DNA from: Candidatus Methanocomedens sp.
Lineage (GTDB): Archaea; Halobacteriota; Methanosarcinia; Methanosarcinales; Methanocomedenaceae
Length of the DNA stretch: 28,471 nucleotides
Assembly: GCA_009649835.1 (NCBI GenBank)
Contig: PYCK01000205.1
Span: 1-28,471 of the forward strand
Direction: 5' to 3'
Part shown: piece by piece, positions 8,834-16,303 of the stretch
Position numbering within the stretch: the stretch's first letter is position 1
Layout: every line of letters starts with the position of its first letter
Made by a program: the position numbers and the translations under genes
Notes under the pieces: generated by a model
The model's database searches: none
Told to the model about the DNA's origin: nothing
Seen by the model: only the letters and a program-made list of their open reading frames with translations

Positions 8834-8980
8834 AAATTAATATGCAGTGAACTAGTTAAGGGTATAGGATAGCATTAATTTGACTAATTAGCATTTAAAA
8901 AATAAAACTGATTTAATTGCAGATGTCCTTGATATAAAATTGGAAAATATCACATGACCTCTGCCAGGTCAATGGGCCGG

Positions 8981-10213
8981 TTATGTGCCTGTTTCCCACC
9001 CTTCCATATATTCGAATTGATGGGGTTTTATCTTGTCGATACTTATCCCCAGAGCCTCAAGTTTCAAACCTGCCACCTTCATGTCGATATGTTGTGGCAC
9101 AGGATGAACCCCGGGTGTAAGCTTGTGAGTAGCTATATGTTCCACACACAATGCCTGGTTGGCAAAGCTCATGTCCATGACCTCGGCAGGATGCCCGTCC
9201 CCGGCTGCAAGATTTACCAGCCGTCCTTCTGCCAGCACATTGATGCGACGTCCGTTTATGTTGTATTCCATAATATTGTTACGTACTTTTTTAGTGGATG
9301 TTGCCATGGCCTTTAGCTCATCAAGGTTGATCTCCACATTGAAATGACCGGCATTGGCAAGTATTGCCCCGTCTGTCATCACTTTGAAATGTTCCCTGGT
9401 AAGTATATCCACATTACCGGTAGTGGTGACAAATATCTCACCAATGGCTGCTGCTTCGTTCATTGGCATTACCCTGTAACCATCCATCCTGGCCTCCAGT
9501 GCGCGTATCGGATCGATCTCGGTCACAATGACATTAGCTCCCAGACCCACTGCCCGCATTGCTGTTCCCCGACCACACCATCCATATCCTGCTATGACCA
9601 CGTTCTTACCAGCGACCAGCAGGTTGGTGGTACGTATTATACCATCCCAACTTGACTGGCCGGTCCCATAGCGGTTATCAAACAGGAACTTGGTCAAGGC
9701 ATCGTTTACGGCTATCACCGGTATCTTCAGTGCCCCATCCCGTTCCATGGACTTGAGCCTGTGCACACCGGTAGTGGTCTCTTCACATGCACCCAGGATA
9801 TCTGGCATCATGTCCTGTCTTTCTGTGTGAAGTTTAAAAATCAAGTCCCCGCCGTCATCTATGGTAATGTCAGGCTTGTGGTCAAGTACCGCATCAATGG
9901 CAGTATAATACTCGTCATTGGAACAGGCATGGACAGCATAGCACCTGATATTATTCCTTGTATCCAGGGCCTGTGCCACATCATCCTGTGTACTTAAAGG
10001 ATTACAGCCGCAAATTGCCACTTGTGCACCCCCGGCTGCCAGGGTTTCCACCAGCACCGCTGTCTTTGCCTCAACGTGCAGTGCCATTCCCACAGTGTGG
10101 CCGGCAAGAGGCTGTCCTGTTATGAATTCTTCCCTGACATGGGCCAAAACCGGCATGTGGTTCCTTGCCCATTCTATCTTCATGTTACCTGATTCGATCA
10201 TATCTTCTGTCAT
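8981..10213 (-). CDS. ahcY: Adenosylhomocysteinase family; probably S-inosylhomocysteine-preferring
   Basis: ALHVEAKT, DDGGD, EETTTG, KFLFDNRYGTGQS, GYGWCGRG, NAGHF, GRLVNLAAGDGHP. Confidence 0.95.
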   Translation of the reverse strand: MTEDMIESGNMKIEWARNHMPVLAHVREEFITGQPLAGHTVGMALHVEAKTAVLVETLAAGGAQVAICGCNPLSTQDDVAQALDTRNNIRCYAVHACSNDEYYTAIDAVLDHKPDITIDDGGDLIFKLHTERQDMMPDILGACEETTTGVHRLKSMERDGALKIPVIAVNDALTKFLFDNRYGTGQSSWDGIIRTTNLLVAGKNVVIAGYGWCGRGTAMRAVGLGANVIVTEIDPIRALEARMDGYRVMPMNEAAAIGEIFVTTTGNVDILTREHFKVMTDGAILANAGHFNVEINLDELKAMATSTKKVRNNIMEYNINGRRINVLAEGRLVNLAAGDGHPAEVMDMSFANQALCVEHIATHKLTPGVHPVPQHIDMKVAGLKLEALGISIDKIKPHQFEYMEGWETGT

Positions 10214-10238
10214 TCAATTAACTCCGCAAATAGAAATA

Positions 10239-11531
10239 TCAATTAGCCTTGGCTTTGTCAGCAAGTCTCCTTGCCGCACTGGAAGCTTGCTCTATTACCT
10301 TTTCCTGGTCTATTGACAGGACTATACCATCTTCCATCAACACCTGTCCGTTTACGATGGTGGTCTTCACATCCGGACCCCTGGCTGCATATATAAGATG
10401 CGATACTGGTTCATGGACCGGGGTTAAGCCTGGTGTGTGCATATCTACCAATATAATATCTGCTGCCATACCCTGCCTTAATATCCCGGCAGGAATGCCC
10501 AGTGCCTTTGCACCATTGGACGTACCCATCTTCAATACCTCTCCTGCCGGCATGGCAGTTGGGTCCATTGCATTTACCTTATGCAGCAGGGCTGCAGTCT
10601 TCATCTCGCCGAACATGTCCAGGCTGTTATTGGAGGCACATCCGTCCGTACCCAGTGCAACATTCACGCCCCTGCTTAACAGTTCAGGTACCGGCGCGAT
10701 CCCTGATGCCAGCTTCATATTGCTTACAGGGCAGTGTATTGCATTGACATTCTTTTTGGCCATGATATCCATATCTCCTGCAGATAGCCATATACAATGG
10801 GCAGCAAGCACATCAGGCCCCAGGAATCCGATCTCATCCAGCATGTTCACGCTGCACATTCCATATTGTTCCTTCATCTGGTTCAGTTCAGCCTCGGTCT
10901 CCAGCATATGTATATGGATGCGGGCATTATCTTCAACTGCCTGCTCCTTGACCTTTGACAGGAACTCGCGGCTGCAGGTATTGGGTGCATGGGGGCCGTA
11001 CATAGTAGTAATTCTACCATCTGCGGCATTGTTCCATTGTCTTACAAACCGGCCCCCTTCCTGTAATTCGGTCTTAGCCTTAGCTTCATCGAACAGTTCT
11101 ATCATACCATAAGATAAGGATGCACGTATGCCTGAATCTTCCACTGCCCTGGCCGCCTGGTCCATGTGGAAATACATATCAGCAAAGGCTGTGGTACCTG
11201 AGCGTATCATTTCCAGGCATGCCAGCATTGTTCCGGTATACACATCATTATCTGTAAGATGGGCCTCTACCGGCCAGATATGTTCTTCCAGCCACTGTTG
11301 CAGAGGCATATCATCTGCATAGCCCCTGAATAGTGTCATTGCAGCATGGGTGTGGGCATTTACCAGCCCCGGCATAACAGCACAGCCCTTTGCACTTATG
11401 ACCTGGTCCGCTTTTTGCTCTTCACGGCCCACATAGGCAATCCTGTCATCCTCAATAAGGACATACCCTCCCTCAATCGGTGGGCCGTCCATAGTAATTA
11501 CATAACCGTCCTTGATGAGTATTCGAGACAT
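10239..11531 (-). CDS. mtaD: 5'-methylthioadenosine/SAH/5'-deoxyadenosine deaminase (amidohydrolase)
   Basis: PGLVNAHTH, HIHMLETEAE, AHC, HCPVSNMKLASG, LGTDGCASNNSLDMF; 25 nt upstream of ahcY. Confidence 0.88.
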   Translation of the reverse strand: MSRILIKDGYVITMDGPPIEGGYVLIEDDRIAYVGREEQKADQVISAKGCAVMPGLVNAHTHAAMTLFRGYADDMPLQQWLEEHIWPVEAHLTDNDVYTGTMLACLEMIRSGTTAFADMYFHMDQAARAVEDSGIRASLSYGMIELFDEAKAKTELQEGGRFVRQWNNAADGRITTMYGPHAPNTCSREFLSKVKEQAVEDNARIHIHMLETEAELNQMKEQYGMCSVNMLDEIGFLGPDVLAAHCIWLSAGDMDIMAKKNVNAIHCPVSNMKLASGIAPVPELLSRGVNVALGTDGCASNNSLDMFGEMKTAALLHKVNAMDPTAMPAGEVLKMGTSNGAKALGIPAGILRQGMAADIILVDMHTPGLTPVHEPVSHLIYAARGPDVKTTIVNGQVLMEDGIVLSIDQEKVIEQASSAARRLADKAKAN

Positions 11532-11602
11532 ATAATCCGTGTTACTGTTTCAATATTCTATAAGGTTTGCCTTAGATGATTACAATATAAAAAAAACACA
11601 TA

Positions 11603-11674
11603 TGCGCCGATCGGGATTCGAACCCGAGTTCATGGCTTGGCAAGCCACGGTGATAACCACTACACTATCGGCGC
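11603..11674 (-). tRNA. tRNA-Gly (GCC), 72 nt, no intron, CCA not encoded
   Basis: GCGCCGA/TCGGCGC acceptor stem, GTGGC-TTGCCAA-GCCAT anticodon arm, TTCGAAT T-loop. Confidence 0.97.
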
Positions 11675-11709
11675 ACAGTGGAATCAGAGGAATCCACATA
11701 CGAGAATAT

Positions 11710-11724
11710 AGTATATAGGTTTTT
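11710..11724 (-). promoter_or_regulatory. BRE/TATA of tRNA-Gly
   Basis: AAAAACC-TATATACT on the minus strand, about 35-50 nt upstream of the mature 5' end. Confidence 0.6.
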
Positions 11725-11759
11725 GGTTTGCAAAATCACACAATTATATCTGCAACGTG

Positions 11760-11843
11760 GGACAACTGATTGCAGTACAGGACAAACGATGCTGTAATAC
11801 AGGACAACTGATTGCAGTACAGGAAAACTGATGCTACAATGCA
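11760..11843. repeat. 42-bp-period tandem repeat (20-mer/22-mer alternation, two periods)
   Basis: GGACAACTGATTGCAGTACAGGA is identical at 11760-11782 and 11802-11824; the interleaved 22-mers GGACAAACGATGCTGTAATACA and GGAAAACTGATGCTACAATGCA are related. Confidence 0.85.
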
Positions 11844-11904
11844 GTACATCTGATGCGCTTTGCTGCATATCTTGAAATATATCCCCTCCCATTTACACCC
11901 TGAT

Positions 11905-12960
11905 ATGAGGGTCAACTCAATCCAGTTTTTTACCAGCGCATCCATAATGATGTCCATAATGTTCATCCCGCTCCTGGCTGAGGAAATGGGTGCAACCTAC
12001 ACCCAGGTAGGCATTATAATGAGTGTGTACGGTGCATGCTTGTTCATTTCAACCTACATTTTCAGTAAAGCGGCAGATGTATGGAACATTAAAAAACTAC
12101 TGCTCGTGGGACTTGCATGCTCGGCTGTAGCTTATTTCCTGCAGATATTCGCCTACGATCCATTAAGCCTTGCACTGCTGCGAGGATTGCTGGGCATATG
12201 CGTGGGCATGTATCCGGCAGCCTTTATCATGCATATCTACGGGCAAAAACGCAGCATAGGGAAATTTAGCTCCTTTGGTGCCCTGGGTTGGGCGTTCGGA
12301 TTCTTCGGGGCAGGATTATTGGGGGACTTTGACCTGATATTCCTTGTCAGTTCATTGATGGTGGTATTGTCCTTCATCCTTGCAGTCCGTATGCCTGAGG
12401 TACAGTTGGATAAGATAAAAGTGAATTACTTTTCACTTTCCACAATTAAAAATAACTGGAGTATTTATCTTCCGTTCTTCATCAGGCATACAGGTGCAGT
12501 TGGATGCTGGACCATTTTCCCGCTGTACATGGTCAGCCTGGGAGCGGATAAGTTCTGGATAGGACTGATATTTGCTATAAATCCGGTAGTCCAGTTCTTA
12601 ATAATGCGGCGGTTGGACGGCTGGAACATGGAACTTGTAGTAAAGGCCGGATACCTGTTGTCTATACTGGCATTTGCCAGCCTGGTTCCTGCCACTATCT
12701 ATTACCACATCATACCCAGTATGTTCCTGGTGGCCTTATCCTGGTCGTTCCTGTTTGTGGGTTCCACTGAACTGCTCCTTGTGCGCAATAAGGATAAGGC
12801 TACATCGGCCGGATATATTAATTCGGTAATCGCCCTGTCCATGATAACAGGGGCTTTGCTTGGGGGCACTCTCTCAGGCATGTTCGGGTTTACTGCAGTG
12901 TTTATTGTTGCGGCAGGACTAAGCCTTGTCAGCCTGCTGATATCCCTTGCTATGGCGTAA
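11905..12960 (+). CDS. MFS transporter, substrate unknown
   Basis: About 12 hydrophobic segments, degenerate motif A (SKAADVWNIKK), LALLRGLLG. Start moved to ATG 11905, about 25 nt after AAATATAT and with no SD (probably leaderless). Confidence 0.85.
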   Translation: MRVNSIQFFTSASIMMSIMFIPLLAEEMGATYTQVGIIMSVYGACLFISTYIFSKAADVWNIKKLLLVGLACSAVAYFLQIFAYDPLSLALLRGLLGICVGMYPAAFIMHIYGQKRSIGKFSSFGALGWAFGFFGAGLLGDFDLIFLVSSLMVVLSFILAVRMPEVQLDKIKVNYFSLSTIKNNWSIYLPFFIRHTGAVGCWTIFPLYMVSLGADKFWIGLIFAINPVVQFLIMRRLDGWNMELVVKAGYLLSILAFASLVPATIYYHIIPSMFLVALSWSFLFVGSTELLLVRNKDKATSAGYINSVIALSMITGALLGGTLSGMFGFTAVFIVAAGLSLVSLLISLAMA

Positions 12961-13022
12961 TATTGAGGTTGGGAAATAATGCCAATTTCAACCCAAAAAC
13001 TTCGTATTTCATCTTCATATAT

Positions 13023-13615
13023 AGAGATTGTCGGAAAAGTCCTTAACTTTTGACAATTTAATATACTGTCTTTGTTTTTAATTTTTGGTTTGACATAACA
13101 TCTGACATTATGCACCATAAATAAATGCTAGCTTCAGCGAACTTTTTCATGTAAATCGATAGATATCGAAGCATTTATATCATTTGGATATATTTATCAC
13201 TTAAAATTTATGATTTGAGTGTGATGGTATGTTTTCGATACTAAAAGACATACAAACTACCTTCATTCACAGTCCAACCGTCTACAAAAATCTCATACCC
13301 GAAGACACAATTCTTTACCGTATAAATCAGAAAATAGATTTTTCCTTCGTAAACGAAGCATGCAGCGACCTCTATTCACATGACAAGGGCAGACCAGTAA
13401 AAAACACCCCTGAAAGGATGTTTCGTTCATTAATCGTTCAATATCTCAATGACTTTTCTGACAGACAAATGGAACATTCCGCCAGATTTGACATCATAAC
13501 AAAATGGTTCATTGGAATTCCAATAGAAGACAGATCTTACGATCGCAGAGCACTGGGAGATTTTCGAGATCGGCTTGGAGAAGAAAGATGGAAATTAATT
13601 GACGGTGATAATTGA
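13023..13615 (+). mobile_element. Remnant of an IS1182/IS5-type insertion sequence (left part only)
   Basis: Candidate left end AGAGATTGTCGGAAAAGTCC at 13023-13042, followed by a truncated transposase ORF; the end assignment is tentative. Confidence 0.6.
13229..13615 (+). pseudogene. Truncated transposase (N-terminal DUF772-like domain only, no DDE domain)
   Basis: LIPEDTILYRINQKIDFSFV...LYSHDKGRP...SDRQME...KWFIG...D...GDFRDRLG pattern; the frame ends after 128 aa in apparently unrelated sequence. Confidence 0.85.
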
Positions 13616-13656
13616 ACTATTCAATTGTCACACCCTTCTTTTTTTTGTCTTTTTTT
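13605..13656 (+). terminator. Hairpin plus T-tract
   Basis: GTGATAATTGAA-CTA-TTCAATTGTCAC (11/12 complementary) followed by long T runs. Confidence 0.55.
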
Positions 13657-13810
13657 CGATTAACATTCATTTTCAACAGTCAGCATATATTTGATAACTG
13701 TTGCAATTTTTCTGCAAATACACTTTTTTATATCATCCCGTTCATTTCTATAGTTGGATTGGATATCAATTCCATTAAAACCTCTACAAACCCTTTAGAG
13801 TAAATCCCCC

Positions 13811-14701
13811 ATGCGCGCAAAGCACCCCATACACACCACCCTGAGCACAGAGGCCATGAGTGTCCTGGAACGCTATGAGCAGGAGCTGGGTGCTAAGAAC
13901 ATCGTGCTGGAGCGTGCACTGCTGGGCATGGACAAACTCCGCTTTAAAGAAAAAGTCGATACCCAGACTATTAGCAAGATCATTAAAAGAGTAAAAACTG
14001 GGATACAAGGCTTTGATGAGCTTGTTGAGGGCGGCATACCCGAAGGCTTTATTGTTGTAGCAACAGGCACACCAGGTACAGGCAAGACCACCTTTTCCAT
14101 GCAGTTCCTGCTTGAAGGGATGAAGAACAATCAAAAATGCATTTTTTTCTCGTTCGAAGAAAAGGCCGATCAGGTTATTAAACAGTCCATACGTTATGGG
14201 TGGGACATTGGACAATACATGGAGAAGGGGTATCTGGAGGTATTTGGATTCACAATGCTCTCAACTGAGGAGATCATCGAGATAATTGACACCTTTAAAC
14301 CAAAACGAATTGTCTTTGATTCCCTGAATATTTTTTCTGATATTACAGACATAAGAAAATCTTCAGAATTTCGGAATATTGTTAAAGTTATCAAAGAGAA
14401 AAAGATCACATGTCTTGCTATTACAGAAAAAAAACACGGTATCGAAGTAAAGGAATATGATGACTTCGATTTTATGGCAGATGGTATTATTTACTTTGAT
14501 AAAAAATTAACGCACGAGCTGGATATGCAGAAAGCCTATTTTATTGAGGTCCAGAAAATGCGAATAACAAAGATCAATGAGATACCCCACCAGTTTATTT
14601 TTTCGGACAAAGGAATTGAAATCAGAACTCTCCCCAGTCTTGCAAGTGCATTTGAAAAAAATATGCATTCAAAATCCATAGGGAAAAGTCAACAAACATA
14701 G
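13811..14701 (+). CDS. Ribbon-helix-helix-like N-terminal domain fused to a single-domain KaiC-like ATPase
   Basis: N-terminal HPIHTTLS-TEAMSVLERYEQEL-G-AKNIVLERAL; then RVKTGIQGFDELVEGGIP, Walker A GTPGTGKT, IVFDS, FMADGIIY, VQKMR. Confidence 0.85.
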   Translation: MRAKHPIHTTLSTEAMSVLERYEQELGAKNIVLERALLGMDKLRFKEKVDTQTISKIIKRVKTGIQGFDELVEGGIPEGFIVVATGTPGTGKTTFSMQFLLEGMKNNQKCIFFSFEEKADQVIKQSIRYGWDIGQYMEKGYLEVFGFTMLSTEEIIEIIDTFKPKRIVFDSLNIFSDITDIRKSSEFRNIVKVIKEKKITCLAITEKKHGIEVKEYDDFDFMADGIIYFDKKLTHELDMQKAYFIEVQKMRITKINEIPHQFIFSDKGIEIRTLPSLASAFEKNMHSKSIGKSQQT

Positions 14702-14834
14702 ATGAAAGCGGGCTTGAGAGTGCAAGGTTAACAGCACAGTGATTATGGACCCGCAGGGTCGCCTGCAGGCTCATATCCCTTATCACGGATTCTAAAAAAA
14801 AACTCACATCGCTTTAAAGACATCTATCCACATC

Positions 14835-16118
14835 TCACCAGCACAGTCCCACATATTCGATATCTTCACATCGTATCATATTACGACCATCGACCACGAG
14901 CGGACGGTGCATAACCTTGAACTCTGAACAAAGTCCTTTAAACTCATCCCATTCGGTCATGACCAGGCAGCCGTTGGCCCCTTCCAGTGCCTTGACAGCT
15001 GAATCGCAATATTCAATACCAGGGTAAATAGCCTTCATATTATCAGCTGCCATGGGATCATATGAAGATACCTTTGCCCCCTTATCCAGCAGTGCCCTGA
15101 TAACAGGGATTGCCCTGGACTCCCTGATATCATCGGTATCATTCTTAAATGCAAGACCCAGCACAGCGATTCTTTTTCCTTCCAGTTCACCTGTGCGGGA
15201 CTCAAGCAGGTCTATCATCATTAAGGGCTGCACTTCATTGACATTGATAACTGACTCAAGCAATCCCGGTTCATATCCAAGTTCTTTTGCCTTTCCGATA
15301 AGAGCCTTAACATCCTTTGGGAAACATGAGCCACCGAAACCCGCACCCGAGTTAAGGAAATTTGGCGATATCCTGGAGTCCTTGCCAACTGCTTCCATGA
15401 CCTTGTATGTATCTATTCCCAGTTTTTTGCATATATTGCCTATCTCATTGGAGAAAGATATCTTTGTAGCAAGGAACGAATTGTTGACATATTTTATCAT
15501 CTCGGCAGTCCCGGGGTCGGTATGTGTGATCTGGCACTTTATATTGGCATACAGGGCAGATATGATATCATCCGACCTCTGGTCTATAGCCCCCACGACG
15601 ATCTTATCCGGGTGCATGAAATCATGGACCGCCTTACCTTCCCTCAAAAATTCAGGATTCATGCCAGCCCCGAAATCCACACCTGGTTTTCTGCCGGATG
15701 CCTGCTCTATTATCGGGACCACTACTTTCTCTGTGGTCTCGGGTACTACTGTGCTCTTGACCACGACCACATGGTAGCCATCCTTTTTCCCTATTGCACT
15801 GCCCAGGCTCTTGCTTGCAGCCTTTACTATCCCAAGGTCGATGTTTCCGTTATCGTCAGATGGTGTTCCCACACAGATAAAGGAAATATCAGTATTTGCA
15901 ACCGCATCATCATAATCGGTAGTGGCCCTGATATTTTTACCGGCATGTTTTTTAAGGAGTTCCTCAAGTCCCTCTTCATAAATGGGTGGCTGGCCCCTGT
16001 TTATCATATCCACTTTTCCAGGGTCAATGTCTATACATACTACATTGTGTCCCAGTTCAGCAAAACATGCTGCTGTCACGGTGCCCACATAACCTGAACC
16101 TATGACTGAAACTTTCAA
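14835..16118 (-). CDS. ugd: UDP-glucose 6-dehydrogenase family
   Basis: GSGYVG Rossmann motif, ICVGTP, VVKSTV, NPEFLREG, GFGGSCFPKD, GLAFKNDTDDIRES. Confidence 0.9.
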   Translation of the reverse strand: MKVSVIGSGYVGTVTAACFAELGHNVVCIDIDPGKVDMINRGQPPIYEEGLEELLKKHAGKNIRATTDYDDAVANTDISFICVGTPSDDNGNIDLGIVKAASKSLGSAIGKKDGYHVVVVKSTVVPETTEKVVVPIIEQASGRKPGVDFGAGMNPEFLREGKAVHDFMHPDKIVVGAIDQRSDDIISALYANIKCQITHTDPGTAEMIKYVNNSFLATKISFSNEIGNICKKLGIDTYKVMEAVGKDSRISPNFLNSGAGFGGSCFPKDVKALIGKAKELGYEPGLLESVINVNEVQPLMMIDLLESRTGELEGKRIAVLGLAFKNDTDDIRESRAIPVIRALLDKGAKVSSYDPMAADNMKAIYPGIEYCDSAVKALEGANGCLVMTEWDEFKGLCSEFKVMHRPLVVDGRNMIRCEDIEYVGLCW

Positions 16119-16198
16119 TTTTGATACACCTTTTTTTTATTATCGCATAATTGGCAGATATGTAAAGAACCTAATATCTTTGACATATATCTTGAACA

Positions 16199-16266
16199 CT
16201 TTGCGCTCTTTGCGTCCTTTGCGGTGTATGATTCTAGTCACCGCAAAGAGAGCGAAGTCCGCAAAG
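16199..16266. repeat. 68-bp imperfect palindrome built from 9-bp CGCAAAG-type subrepeats (REP-like)
   Basis: 28-nt arms match at 22/28 positions as an inverted repeat with a 12-nt loop; each arm has three CGCAAAG-like units at 9-nt spacing. Confidence 0.8.
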
Positions 16267-16303
16267 ATTAGTTTGAATTGTTTGGTTTTTGACAATAATT
16301 ATC

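Noticed and set aside
10249-11112. Long antisense ORFs (also 3915-4427, 15052-15777, 15522-16097, 17277-17975, 23921-24535)
   Set aside because: They shadow well-supported genes and show no recognisable motifs.
11590-11610. Integrated element at a tRNA 3' end (Gly; also Arg at 25759)
   Set aside because: Housekeeping genes follow directly, with no duplicated tRNA end or integrase.
11760-11843. Mini CRISPR array
   Set aside because: Only two exact copies; the intervening sequence resembles the repeat rather than a unique spacer; no cas genes.
11665-11966. Small minus-strand ORFs with repeated LYCNQLS / VLQSVV
   Set aside because: They are translations of the DNA repeat, and overlap the tRNA promoter and the MFS start.
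13669-13682. TTTTCAACAGTC as the right terminal inverted repeat of the IS
   Set aside because: Only about 10/16 match to the putative left end in AT-rich DNA, with no target duplication identifiable.
14746-14758. Reverse complement resembling a tRNA-Ala 3' end (att remnant)
   Set aside because: Only 13 nt, no T-loop sequence, and no integrase.
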